Made by a program: the position numbers and the translations under genes. Below the pieces are notes generated by a model. The model worked only from the letters and a program-made list of their open reading frames with translations, made no database searches and had not been told where the DNA came from. A stretch of DNA of 64,000 nt from contig OZ316896.1 of NCBI GenBank assembly GCA_973895155.1, positions 15,438,576 to 15,502,575 of the forward strand, given 5' to 3'. This document shows positions 50,553 to 64,000 of the stretch, piece by piece. Each line of letters starts with the position of its first letter. The stretch's first letter is position 1. Origin of the DNA: Marsupella aquatica. Its lineage: Eukaryota > Plantae > Marchantiophyta.

Positions 50553-53500
50553 ATGCCCCTTCAACTGCAGCTGTCCTCTTGTGCTACCAATTCTCTCAAT
50601 TCTTCTGCCATAAACCCGACTGGGAGGGAATTCTCTGTCTCCTCGCCAAGCATTGCGCGTTCTTCTTCAGCTGCTGCTGCTGCAATTTGCCGGAGGCCAG
50701 TGCATTCTCCCACTGTCTTCTCCACGTGTCGGAGAGCAACCTTTGCCAGTTTTGCACAGAGTGCACACATAGCTTTCCTCTCCCAGGGCTCGATCGGGGC
50801 TTGGAGGGGCCAAGTGGGACGGCGAAACAACTACAATTGGCAGGAGAGGGGCCGTGGAGGTAAATTGGGAGCACAGGAAGCGATGGACACAGCTGCAATA
50901 GTGAAGAGTGCATCCGTGGAGCCAGTCGAGGCCGTCCAATCGCATCCAGTTATTGTTTCGGACGCACTGGTGGCCGAGGACGTCGCTGTGGGGCTCATTC
51001 CTGAAGCGCTTGTTTGGGCCTCTTTGAATGGGCTAGTGGTAGGCGACAGGGGTGTGGAGGTACAGTTTAACCTGCCTTTGAGGCTTTAGCTACGATTTAG
51101 CAACGTGGTTTCAGATACCGGCAGATTTCATTCTCAATTTGAATTTGAATATTTCCCTTCAAGGGAGTTTTGTGAACCTGAAAACTGAATCAGGTATTTC
51201 CATCGAGAAAAGACACCAATGCTAGATTTTTTGGTCTGTACGATTGTTCACCTAAAATGCATTCACTCAAATGAACTCACAAAGTGACTCGACTAAGCGA
51301 GAGAATGTTAGTGCTGGGGGCAAAGTTTCACATAAATGCTGAGCTCCCTCTCCTGGAGTCGACCCTCGCCTGAGTACGCATAATCCACCAATTTTTCAGT
51401 CTATGAATCTAGGTAGGAATTCTTGAGAGCATATCTGTACTAAGCGTCTTCACTGTCTTCTCTACCAATGTTGAAGCTCTGAATCCTGGGCTTGTGCAGT
51501 GGAAACATCTTTCTAGTAGAGGTTTGGGTCATAACGAGCTGAATCCACGCTTACTCCACTATTCATGTTTTAACGCAGAACTCGGGAAAGGTTGCTGGCA
51601 TAGGATTGGTCCATGCTCCCGTTTCCCTTCTTCCCACACCATTTCCCGCAGATGCCTTTCAATATGCGGTGGAGTTAACCACACTATTCAACGATCTAGT
51701 TGACAAAGTTAGCCAGGATGCAGCGTTTTTACAACAGACACTGTCCAGGTACGCTAGAATGAAGGCCTGTGTCAAGATATTCTCGTTTTATCGTATGATT
51801 TGGAATAATAAGGATCCTTATAAGGAGTCCGGACATGGCATGACCAATGAGGGGATTTTGGGGGGTTTTATCAGATTCCAGGGTGAATCTTAGGGGTACG
51901 CCGAACTGGTGACGTGCGAGCTTCTATTGGCTCCTTTGTCATATTAGAATCAATGATATTTGGTTTTAATACAATTGCGTACAATGCTACCCGTTCTGAG
52001 AATGACCAAATACTAATGTCAGATATTTGTGCTGACAATGGGTTCTTCTCTACTTCTTTGCACAAGCGGAAGTCAGGAAACTGAGGCGTTAAATGTACCG
52101 TATGTGACGAGAGATTTCGTGGTACTTTTGGAATATGTAGGACTCAGAAAGCTGACGAATTCACTGCCCGGCTGTTAGCGATCCACTCTAAGATTTTGGA
52201 AGAAGGGGTGCGGCAGGTCAGTTCTGTCACCTTATAGTTTTCAGATCCTCACTCAAAGTCCTTGGATCGAATAACTCTTTGTTATAATAGTGCCGGTAAA
52301 GAAAATAAGATTTATTACATGCCGTAGGCAGCCTGACAGAATTTTTAATTCAAGTTCTGATTGACCATATTACTTTGCTGTTTCTTGGGGTAAGATGGCG
52401 CACCTGTTGACTCTTGTCATTGACCTCATTCAAGAGTTTAAGTAAGGATGTTGGTATTTTCCCAGGATATTCGCCTAGGGTTGCATCGATCCGATTATAT
52501 GCTGGATTTGGCGACTGGTGATCTCCTACAAGTGGAGCTTAATACTATATCGTCTTCTTTCGCTGGCCTGGGGTCGGCAGTGAGCAAACTACACAAGTTA
52601 AGTTCTAGTCTTTTCTCGATTGCTGACCGTGGTTTGTTTGAAGCATTTTGGAAAGTGAAAGAGAATGTAGCAACCGGCTCCTCGTTAATGCAACAAATAT
52701 TACGAACTACTTGTTGATGTTGAGAAATGATGGGTGTCAAACTAATTGGCCTTTGATCACAACTCTGGCTGCACGTATCACTTTGATTCATGACCAGTCA
52801 CATTTTGGTTATATGCGTGTCCTCACTATCCCCTCAATTTTCTCATAATTGTTACTTGTGCCGCTGTCCAGGTATCTAGTCAGTCGTTGCACAAAACATG
52901 TTGCCCTAGAAAGTAGTAGAGTCCCAGCAAACCCAGCAAGTGACGGCTTTGCCCGAGCCTTAGCCCTAGCTTGGGAGGAGTATGGTGATAGAAGGTAAGG
53001 TCTACTCTCTTGGTGATTCTGACTATTCAATTCTATTGTTTCGATTTATTGTTCAAGGACTTGATACCCTGTTCAAAGCATGGCGAAAAAATTGTGCAAG
53101 CGGATAAAACTTTAGCGTTCACTGAGCTACTTGGTCTATATATTTCCATTTTATCTGAGTGGAAATCTTAGTGATGGCTGTAGCTAGCTCTTTGTTCTGT
53201 CGCCCTGTTTCCAGAGACGGGTGTTGTAATTTTCAACTTTCAGGGCTCACCTTGTAGCTGTTAGTTTCATTTAGCAGGCCGTAGTGGCGAAAAGTTGCAC
53301 GAACCGAGTCCAGCAATTGATTAAAGTTGAAATTGCAGTGCTGCAGTACTAATGATTGTTCAACCAGAGGAGCGCAACATGTACGACCAGCAATGGCTTA
53401 GTTTCAAACTGAAAGACTTGTATCCGACTTCTCTAGTTAATTATTTGTGTTTTTAACGTATTTGCTCCTCTGACTCGAATGTTCATGGCTAAGAGGGAAA

Positions 53501-55122
53501 TGTTTCCATTCTTCTCTTTGGGTGTGACCTAGACCATGACCTCTGCTCAGAATCAGAAACTAATATTTTAGGTTGAATGGGGCACCTTTCTGAGTAGTCG
53601 TTTGCTTAACACATCGAAAGCATATCGTTGGTCCATTTTGACATAACTTGATGTGACCTTGACTAAAGTTTATGTATGGAGTTGATGTATTGAGGAGAAC
53701 ATTGGCTGAAGTTGCGTCAGAAGCTAGACTCTCTACGGATGGGACCCTCTACATGTGAGCTTCATATGATTTTCCTCTGGTTTAGAAGTTACAGGAAGAT
53801 TTACTTTTAGAAGTTCAATTCGCCTGTTGTGCTACTTTTATGATATTCTTTCAAGTGTACCTTCTCTCAACTCAGCTGATGAATGCAATTTTGTGGTGTC
53901 TGGATTGCTCAGTGGAGAACAGGTTGTTTCAGTTGTTTATTACCGGGCAGGATACACACCAAAAGATTATCCATCTGAAAGTGTAAGTGTCATTCACAGA
54001 GCTACTTAAATCAGCTCAAAGAGCAGAGGCTTTTACAACTCAGGCAGTGATATCTTACAGTTGACTGTCCCATTCGCAAGGTGAACTCAACTTGATGTCA
54101 GCTGTGTAGATGTTGATAGCTGTCAGTGTACATTTTTGGAGATCGTTTCTGAGTCCTACTTTTGTGTAATTGTGGCTTGTCTATTTTTAGGAATGGGATG
54201 CAAGGCTACTTTTAGAACGATCGGCTGCTGTCAAGTGTCCCACTATCTCATATCACCTCACCGGTGCGAAGAAAATACAGCAGGAGTTGGCGAGGCCAGG
54301 TGTGCTGGAACGGTACTGATCCATGTTTCTAAAAGCTAGCAGCAAGAAGCTATCAGTGTCAGGTGTGCTGGATTTCCTTGGTTTGAGTTATACAGGAATT
54401 TGATTTGGTTGCAAGGGAATATTAAGGTTTTCTTAAATTAATATTTAGCAGCTTTGATCTTGTAGGTTTTTGCAGGATGGACAAGCAATAACTTCCCTGA
54501 GGAAGTGCTTCGCAGGCCTTTGGAGTCTAGAGGGTGATGGAAGTGAAACTATTTTAGAAGAGGCAATTCGCGCTCCAGACGGTTTTGTGCTGAAGCCTCA
54601 ACGAGAAGGAGGAGGTACTAAACTAAATATTTTAGTCATTCATTTTATCATCCTTCAGGTGTGCTTGGGATGGCCATTTTTAATAGTAGTAATGATGCAG
54701 GAAACAACACGTATGGGGCGGACGTGGCCAGAAAATTGTCGGAACTGAAAGCAGAAGGTGGTGATGGTTTGGCGGCTTACATATTGATGCAGAGGATATT
54801 TCCAGCAGAGCATATTTCTTACCTTGTTCGAGGAGGTGCTTGGAGTTCAAACAAAACAGTGTCAGAACTGGGCATTTATGGTGCTTACTTGAGGTCCGTA
54901 TCTCTGCTTTATCAACGTGAAGCTATTGGACAGGCTAAGTTTGTTGCCTCTTTTTCTAATAATTGTAATAGTCTTCGTCGTGTCATGGCCATGTGCAGAA
55001 ATGGAGATCGAGAGATTTTGAATGTATATGCTGGTCATTTGTTAAGAACTAAGGCCTCAGACTCCAATGAAGGTGGGGTGGCAACTGGGTTTGCTGTTCT
55101 TGATAGCCCCTACCTAGTTTGA
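50553..55122 (+). CDS. GSH2: Glutathione synthetase, 12 exons, with transit-peptide-like extension
   Basis: Exons 50553-51059, 51579-51748, 52141-52216, 52466-52595, 52872-52994, 53339-53419, 53674-53754, 53913-53982, 54191-54312, 54466-54614, 54701-54893, 54999-55122. Motifs [80 protein letters not shown]. Confidence 0.96.
53420..53673 (+). other. U12-type (minor spliceosome) intron 6 of GSH2, GT-AT termini
   Basis: 5' site GTATCC. Branch site CCTTGAC at 53657-53663, branch A 11 nt from the 3' end. This junction restores [18 protein letters not shown]. Confidence 0.8.
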
Positions 55123-56768
55123 GCTTTTCATGTGTCATGACCTCCCAGAGTTTGTTGAAGATCAATTGAAACTCACAGGAACACAATTTGTAAGCGTGAG
55201 GAGGCTAAGTTTATTGGCCGTTGAAAACGTGCAACTAGTTTCGGGGTGTAAATTGTGAGATTCAAGTTACTCGTAGAAGTACAAAGGTTTCTCTGAATCA
55301 AGGGAATCACCGGTATGGATGCGATTCGTCAATCTCTTGGTCGATTCGACGAAACGGCACTAACCAAGATGAACCATTACCCTCTACATCATGACCTCAA
55401 GTAAGAAATAGAGACAGAGTCAAACGAAAATGCTATACACATTTCAATGTCTGAGGAACGAACTAGCATCAAAGACCAGCTTAGTTTGAGTAATATTGTA
55501 CAAATAAAATGGATGTGGTCAAGCAAACAAGTGGAAGAAAATCTTGCAGGCTGGGCTCATTGTTGTGAGAGACATCTCTACGTTGAATAGATTTCTTGTT
55601 ATCAAGTTGTTTCAATATTCTCTGTGATTTTGACGAGTTTTATCATTGATTCATTACACGAAGAATAAGGACCATTCGAGATCAAGGTGCTTACGTTGAA
55701 CCTTGATTTGATGATCATTCCTCCGTAGAAGAGCGGCTGAGTAACGATGTGCCTGTCAATGTCCCGTGGCCGTTGTTAACGGGGGCCCTGTCTCCTACAC
55801 TGTTTAGAGACAAATGAAAGTGTGGACAAGGATTTGCAACTTGATCTAAATGTTCTTTAAAATCTCGAGTTTCAAAGGAGAGGATGAATGCTCCAATACA
55901 TTTCAGCGAATGATGCTGATGCCCAAGATCCATAAGTCAATGAGTGGATATACTCAATCGTGCATGAATGATTGATTAAACATAGGAAACAATCGAGCTG
56001 CAGTGAATGCTTCTTTTCATTATCACCCACCCACTTCCCAGCTACGTAACTGAAGCCAGGTTGTCCCCGTCTTCTTTAGTATGCCATACCTAGTAAGTTT
56101 CCCGAACCCAAACGGGAATTGTCAATTCGGAACGGGTTCTATTAAGTTTCGAGGATTAAAGATTGAACCTCGATCAATCATTTAAAGGTTTGCAGACTAG
56201 TACAGTACTGAGGCCTTGCTTTAAAAAATCCAAGGAACCTTCTTAGCAAATCTTACTATGCTACATAAGGCACGACACTCGACTGCCTAATCTAGCTTGT
56301 AGGGGTAATTATACATCCAGTACATGGAAAGAACGCTGCTGCATCGATCTCCACAGGAAAAATCTGACGACGGTACTCAGCCCCAACTTGAATACCATAG
56401 TCTGCTTTTCGTGTGCGTTGCTTTCTGCTGCCACAAGGGTCGATTTGATTTGCCCCAGATTCATCGAATCATAATCTTGGTCCCTTCCATTCAAATAGGA
56501 AAACGGACCCCAGAATGAGCCACCCAGAACGGATACTCGAGGAAGGATGTGCCTTAATGTCGATTGCAGTGGCACATCACGCCTCCATCAGGCCTCGAAG
56601 AACCATCCACATTGCAAGCCAGCTTCTGTGATCGAAGGTGACCGTAGTGGCAATAATTTTGTTGCCCAAGTAAAATTTGGGAGAGAAAAAGTTCCAGTGT
56701 TGAAGACTAATATTGTTACAAATGGCGCCTTCTGGCTTGGCCTGGCCTGACCTGCTCTACTTTGGTCA

Positions 56769-59700
56769 TCAAGCTTGCAAAGACCTCCCGAGTATGAACA
56801 AGGTAGTTGTCAAAAGAGCTCCCACGCTTGTGTGTACAAAGAATCTGTCCAAAATGAAGCCGTAAACTGATATCCCCACAGCGCCGGTAGACAAGTATTC
56901 AACTGCGGGACAAATCAAGAAAGAAATGGTTGTTAGGCCTTGTGGAAATATGAAAATGGTTTTCTATGGAATCACAGAGACAGTAGTGTATAAACGGCCC
57001 GAAAATAAATCTAGAAATGTTGTGAATAGGATGACCGGAGCATAATTCAACGCTTGTTGAGATTCTATCTGGGATTGACCCACAATTCCAGCACGTCCTC
57101 AGCTAACTCGGCATTCAAACTCCGGCGAAGCTTCAATGAATAAGATTTTGGATAGGGTCACTTGTGCATCCACTCCTTACCGACGGCCGCTCGTCGTGCC
57201 CAAGCATCTTGTCGTCGGCAGTGACTTTCAAGCCTCTCAAGAACGGCTTGGTTGCTTCCTCCGTCTTCAGAGATCTTGAACAGCGGTGCGGACTGAACCG
57301 CGTTGGCCGTCTTCTGCAATGTTGCCGATTGAGTCGTAAGCGGGCTCCCAAGAGTTTGCTTTGCGTGAACAGAAGCAGCTCTCCTAAAAATTCGCTTGTG
57401 CAAGTGAGCAATTTTCGCGGCGCATCGAAGGCACAACCACGCCCCCGTCAGATTCACCAAAGTCAACACCTGCATACATAGAATTTCATCGTTTCATTCA
57501 GGAGACCCCTTCAAAAGCCGTAAGACTCGCAACTGAAGTAACCAAGCCTGGTATGATAGACCACCGTCACTCAAGGCTCGTGAATGAAGCTCACAACCCG
57601 AAGGGGAAGCACTTAAATCACGAGACAGAAACTGGAAACCGACCAGGTTGTCTTTGTAGAGTGTTCTCTAACAACTTACGGCCTTTCACAAACGATGACT
57701 CCTTGAGTCTAGGCGAACAATCAATTCATTGATGTGGATGCCATGATTCTGGAGGTTCAGCTATTACCAATGAATGATAGATACAGATTATGTGCAGGAT
57801 AAATTTGTCAAGATTTTTTCTACACAAGCTTTTCTAGCCCTAGTGATTAAGCCAAAAGCTAGTAGAGTAATAAAGACAAGGCAAACTTAGTACTGATAAT
57901 CGTAGGAAGGGAGGTTGTTTTGAGATGTGAATCGTCACTGAGTGCTGTAGCTAACCTAGCATTACTCATTTACGCTGAGCAGGTTTTATTTGAATGAACA
58001 GCCAAATTTAGTAGTTAAAGCCTTGAAAACTATGTATTGCCGCTCGTGAGAAATGAAAGAGTTTAGGCAGGACTTACGACAAGTTCGCCCCAAAGACAAA
58101 GGGAGAGACCGTCGTCTACCGAATCGACCACCTCATACATAGAAACGAGAGCTCCTGCAACTGTTATAAGACCTGTGAATGCCAAGAAAGATCGGAACCG
58201 ATGGCTTGTATTCCTCAGGTCCCCTTTTATGCGCTCATATTCCATCACATAGTACTCTGCCTCCAGGCCATGATTGAGCATCGCATAATACTGCCTCATC
58301 TTCAACTCCTGCATGTAAACAACCATACTAGAATTAGCGAGTACATTTTGATCACAGAAGCAATTGAACGTTTCTTTTGATTTATATTATTTAAAACACC
58401 CGCCTTTTAAGAAATAATACAATTCACGCAAATCCTCGGCAGCAAAAAATTCAGGGAAAAGATCGCTGCCTAATGAAGGTGTAAGACGTTGTTGAAGTAC
58501 CTGAAGTTTACAGACTTTCCAAAATAGAACACATGCATAGAGATATGTTGTGGTTTGGAATATCCAGGATAAAGTCGTCATAAGGAGAACAAATCCGAGC
58601 TCAACTTGATGATATAATGTGCTGAAAGGTAACGGTTTAAAGTCCAATGTAGTGTACATCCACATTAACTGGGCGATATATAAAACGAAGGATGGTACAA
58701 AGAGCTTGACTAACAACGTCGATCCAAGCTGCATAAACGAGCAGATTGATGTCAATGAATTTGAGCCAAGGTAAGAGTAAGAGCAGAGTGACTATTGATA
58801 AGAGCGATTCTAGAAGCGTAGCTCATGCGAGAAAGGAATTCCGAGGGCTGACTACAACCCAATGTGAATCAGGTCATTTGCCGAGTCAACCCCTACCAAT
58901 ACCTTGGAGACAGTTTGGGTGGATTTTCGTGGCGTACCTCAACAACAGTGTCATAGTCTTTCCGAACTTGGGCTACTTCCTCAGCAACAGAATCGAGGAA
59001 GAGGAATCCTTGGAGCCCATGGCTTCTAATGGCATGGCTGAGGAACACAAAAGATACAAGTGATCTGGAAACTCCGACGATTACAACCACCGGTTGAAAC
59101 ACCAGCTGCAAAACCATAGCACCATACAGAGGAATCAAGGACGGTGCAAGAAGCAAACGAAACTATTAAACCTCCACAACAGGAAAGAGGCGTCACGTTC
59201 CATGGTCGTTAGATAATAGAATAGGGAACTTCAGAAGTCCGGTAAATGTACTTCTGTCTCCGTAGAGAGAGTAATTTAGTAGTTGTCAATTTAATGCTTT
59301 GAGGTGTATTTCGGTGATATGTTCGGTACTTCAAACAATTCCTAAAGATCTTACTGTACTCTTTCTAATCCACAACTTCAAAGCCTGTTGTGACACTTCA
59401 CTATTTTACACTGTAGTCCCTGCAGGGTTAATTCAAGCACTTGCGATGCTTTAGATGCATCGAAAGACTGGGACCCTCATCTGCTCTGAACTGTGCAAGC
59501 CAGTATAAATTTCACTTTCCTACACTACAACGTGAACTTACAATTCAAGAGATTAAAGCTCGGCAGAACAAAGGGTCTTGGAACCGATCGTGAGTTGGCA
59601 ATTGAGAATCTTGCATATCAAATCAGACCAAGTGCTAATTTGTGTCGTACTTCACTCTTTACCTTGGATCTTCCCTGGGTCTCGGACGTGAATTCAATTG

Positions 59701-61096
59701 TACCCATGGGAAATTCTTCCGAAATTTTCAAACATTTTCATCTACTTTGTTGAGTTCAAAAAGTAATTTGTAACCTTTTACCCTTCTTATTCCTTTCTAA
59801 GGATTCAGGTCACTCTACGAACACGAAACCGTAGACTCTCCGTATTCTACCCAACATACACGGCATCATTATTCTGTCCATCCTTACCATGAGGTTATGT
59901 CTCAAAGCTACTGTGACTGAGCGGAAGTTTTTAGCAAAAATTCCTCCTGAGTTTAATTTTAAGAAAAATGAAGACAATTTTTAGCACAACTAGCGGAGAC
60001 AAGTTGGGCATCTACATACACTACAAAATTGAGATTTACAATCCGTCCATCCTACAGAACTGGTTCCACTGATTCACGAATCAACTCTTATGGTTTCTGA
60101 AACATCCAAGTGGGACCCCTACAATTCCTCCTAGCTACAGTAATCCACTGTTGGTTCTATCACTTGGGTGTTCTCCATCTTCCAGACTACAGTAGCAAAA
60201 TGATAATAGGTTGAAGAGCACCATAGAAATTTAGCGGAGACGTGAGAAAACAGAAGAGATGCAGTCAGTCAATAGTAGCCTACCTGATCTCTTGGTACGT
60301 CGGTATCCACCTTCACAAACAGCAGCTTGAATATGGGAACGACGATGAGTAGCACGACAGCCACGACGTACGAAACAATCGCCCATGATGACTGCGTGTG
60401 ATCCAACTGCAGAATTCGTGCCGTATTCTGAACGCTCTGAAAACGCACCAGAGTTTGCACCCTCTGCGGCCCAGCTTCAAGATTCCTTTACAGAGTTGTA
60501 CAGGGGAGGGACAAACCGAGACAAAATCATGCCCACCCAACAACTGGGTCAGCAGGAATCGAATAGACGGCAAAATAATGGAGCTGGCAAACGATGAGGT
60601 CTAACGAAATCCAAATGATCTAACCCAATTGTACAGTCGGTTAGCCGTGAGATCAAAGTCATCTCCGAAGCCCGTGTATAGTATCAGCAAACGGTTTCAT
60701 CAAACCATAGCACAACAAATATGTAAGAATTGAAAGCTGTTCCATAAATCGTCCACTTCGAAAATCCTCTCTTCACTACAGTGCTCTCTCGTGAACAAGT
60801 GCAATATACACTTTCACTTTCATTGTCTCATTGGTCCCACGACCCAGCGTCGATACTGGCATTCTACCCACGGTATCACGATAAGTTTGGTAGCCTCCAT
60901 TCCCAGCAGCGAAATTCTATCCATTCCTATATACAACTGAAAGACGATGCCAAATAGATCCCCAAATGTGAAGGGGAGGGATTCTCTGACAAATTTACCT
61001 GTCGAGCAAGCTCCAGGTGGAATCTGTCGTCAATTTGTTGTTCAGTGATTGAAGAAGAGGTGGCTTTTCCACTCTGCCTGAATGTATGTCCCCCAT
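56769..61096 (-). CDS. DUF3537-family multi-pass membrane protein, ~7 exons
   Basis: Exons 61096-60999, 60485-60284, ~59105-58938, 58728-58501, 58308-58078, 57469-~57180, ~56902-56769. Peptides LDHTQSSWAIVSY, HGLQGFLFLD, LSWIFQTTTYLYACVLFWKVCKLQ, SHRFRSFL, LRCAAKIAH, GISVYGFILDR follow the family pattern. Confidence 0.82.
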
Positions 61097-63708
61097 TTCG
61101 AAGACTCGCTCCTGAATCTCACTCCCAATCCAGCCAAAGTAAGAACACGGCAATTCCTTCTATCGAGACACAATCGAAAACGCTGCGGAAACACTGCCGT
61201 AGCAATCTGCCCTCTCCCCTTTCAACGCCGCCTTGCTCCCCTCGTGTCACTGCAACGGGTCCCGAGAATTCCGGCCCTTATGTCGAGGCTTGTCAGAGTA
61301 TGTTAAGTCTACAGTGGGTCTCCACATTTCCGCATTAGCGCTCTATCTTCCCCATCATGGCTGACCGGCATCAACCTTCAAAACTCTCTCTCGCTCGAAC
61401 AATCTGAAATAATCAGAAAGTGTTTGGCCTTCGGAGCGGAGAGCAACCATTCTTCTATCCGCATAACAAAATCAACTATCTTTAGACTACCGAATTATTA
61501 ATGTCGAGTGAGGTTCCGTTTCCTTCGCCGCCTATGAATTCCACACGTGACACCGGTTGTCCTTAGATCACTCACCGCCGCACTCCGAATCTCACTTCTT
61601 CTCCACTCTCTCAGTCAGTCATCGGGCAGACGGGAACAATCAAACCTTCTACAAATGCCAAATATCTTGTTCTCTCACGAGCTCACAAAACTCGCTCTCT
61701 CGTGTGCGCAAAATTGGGCACAACCAAAGTCCCTCCGCAGCCTCGAAAGACCTCCCGAAATCTCTGCCAATTTCTTCGCTCCTCTTGCGTGCTCGTAGAC
61801 TCCATCCACCTTCATCCAGAGCTCTCTCTCTCAATCTCTCGAATTCGACGACTGAGGAACAGGGGGCCCCCAACGCCACCGAGGTTTCCGCTCCCCAACT
61901 CCGACCACCCCCACCCCCCTAAAACGCGGTGCTCCACCCCCACTCAACAGTTCGAGAAAACCCTGGTTAACGTAACCCAAGCGCCAATGCGCTCGCGCCA
62001 CAAAATGAGAGCGTCGATCCGTTGAGTTAGTCTGTTGGGTCACGCAACGACACCATACAGGCACGCTCCCTATTGGCTGCGAAGCTCCCAGCCAATGGGG
62101 ATTTTCAGCCATGCGCCCCTCGTTTGCGCCCTCATCGTGTCACTGGTCCGGAGGCCTCTTCACAGGAGGCCGTCAAGGTGGACCATGGGCCTTTGAGTTA
62201 GGTACTGTACCCTCTCTCTACAGGGTACTGTACCCCCAATGCGTAGACGGCTGAGAGTGTCTCGTCACGGTCGTTCTACAGTACAGTAGCTTGAAGGGAT
62301 CAGAGTGCGGCGCCCCATGAAACCGGCCCTTTAAACATTCCACGAAAGCGAGAAGTCGGGGCCCATGTGGTTCGGAGACAAGTGTCAGCTGCTGAGATGT
62401 TTGCTGAGAAGGATAATCTTGTACACGTGTTTCCACTTAAGTGGGGAGAAACTGCTTTTAGCCTTTTACGTCCGAAGGCTTACGATGGCGTAAAGAAGGC
62501 ACCTCACTGTAGTTTTGTTTTGTTTTTTATTTTGGAAAAGATAAGGTTTTTGTTTGTTTCTCGCCACTGTCCAGTTTCAAAACGTGGTGTATCCAGGTCA
62601 TAATTCGTCCACAATACTACAGCTAACAAAGTGAAAAGTGGAGGAAGAATGGCTACAGTAGTTTGTCCACCCACAAGCTACTCATGGAGAGTGGGGTTTA
62701 AGGAGCTCCGATAGACCAGAGTAATTGACAAGATGCTTGGATGAACCACGCTAACCTATCACTTTAAAATAGTATCTTTCTCTTGGTATACATGCTCACT
62801 TTCTGGTTAGCTTAAGTGCTCACCTTTTTTGGACCGAAAAATGCTTGGTCCGTCAGAATCGTCAGTCAAACATTAATTAAGGTTCACCCAAGTATAGGTC
62901 TTTAATGAAATCACGTCTAAGAAATTTTTTAATTGGTTTTTTTTATTGAAACACTTTTTTCCATTGGCTTTTTGTTGGTGCCTGTTGGCAAGGGGGTGTG
63001 CCCAACTGTGGCAAGAAGGCCAAACCTAATGTCAAGAATTCGTTGATTGTATAGAGGGCTAAAGTAACCAGACATTTGGTTTGGTCCATATAATAGACAG
63101 CCTTGTTGGCAAGGGGGTACAACGTATGAGCAATGGATGCCAGAATGGGTGTTGCTTCTTTGTGGGAAATGCACTTAGCCTCCAATGCTCAAGGAGTCGT
63201 CTGCAAGTTGGAATTTACCTTTGCAAAGAATGGCATTGGCAGAGTGAGAGTGAGAGGAGAATTCCTTGGGTGAAAGCATACAATAATTAACTTTGGCATC
63301 AACAGCACACTGTGGCTTTTGCACAAATGTCCGTCTCCAAGTACCTTGCCTCCTAGGTATATAACACACTGCTAAAGAACAAAATGTGCCAAATCGGGAC
63401 AGGGTGATACTGCAAAAAATATATACTGGGACTCTCAGCTGAGTATCCCATTGGGCACCTCTGGCCAGTACCTGGCCCGTCCTGAACATTGGCCATGTCT
63501 ACAGAATCTGTTGGTCCCTCCTCCTAGTGTAGTTAAATCTCTTATTTGACTGCCTGTCCACCACCTTTGATTTGCTGACTTTGCTCCTGTGCTCCTTCCT
63601 GATGCCAGCCTCCCCCCTCCCCCCCTCCCCCCCTCCCTCTCTAGTGTCTTGAAGTCCACCCCTAGGGGCATTGCCTCTTGTCTTCAGTATGCTGCTTTTT
63701 TATATGAA

Positions 63709-64000
63709 CTAGCTCAATGCCCATGCATTTGCACAGAAGATCTCATTGCATAAATGATGTTGTGATGGAAAACTAAGAACTCGTTGAATAAGATGTTGCA
63801 TAAAAGATGTCCACATGAGAAAGATATTGTTGCACAAATGATGTCAATGTGGAAAAGATGTTGCATAACAGATGTCTTAGTTTGTCTAATAAATGTCATT
63901 GTGCCAAGATGTCATGGAAGAAGTCATTGGGGGAAAGATGAAAAGATTTGTGCAAGACAGGCGACGGTGACTGTGGGATGCAAATGGGGTCCTGCAAGAT
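63709..64000 (-). mobile_element. 3' end of a Helitron of the same family, running off the window
   Basis: Reverse strand reads tgtgcaaatgcatgggcattgagCTAG|T, preceded by acatctttt-type repeats. Confidence 0.65.

Noticed and set aside
54894-54998. 35-aa insertion in GSH2 implied by the ORF track
   Set aside because: A normal 105-nt GT-AG intron that happens to be stop-free and a multiple of three.
61547-62112. Overlapping 80-120-aa ORFs
   Set aside because: GC/CT-rich sequence upstream of the DUF3537 gene, consistent with 5' UTR or promoter. No domain recognised.

Overview
Eukaryotic, intron-rich land-plant nuclear DNA. The transposon types suggest a non-seed plant, but that is inference. 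I spliced five host genes by hand: a Rubisco-activase-like AAA+ protein of the At1g73110 type (+), a CYP72-clan cytochrome P450 with a lesion at the end of exon 2 (+), XAP5/XCT (-), glutathione synthetase GSH2 (+) and a DUF3537 membrane protein (-). The centre holds a degenerate Ty1/copia element (A, 19085-31147, TSD GGCTA). A younger, different copia (B, 24770-30813, TSD AAGGG) has inserted into A's polypurine tract. The rest is solo LTRs, non-autonomous Helitrons with a 35-bp minisatellite, hAT MITEs, fold-back elements and old gypsy and non-LTR remnants. The most notable signals are: a U12-type GSH2 intron that only splices in frame as GT-AT; a covarying multi-hairpin RNA structure shared by the 3' UTRs of both copia families; a single in-frame UGA plus hairpin at B's gag/pol junction; a solo LTR with TC...GA ends; and two abutting perfect palindromes between XCT and GSH2. 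All calls come from reading the sequence; no searches were run.
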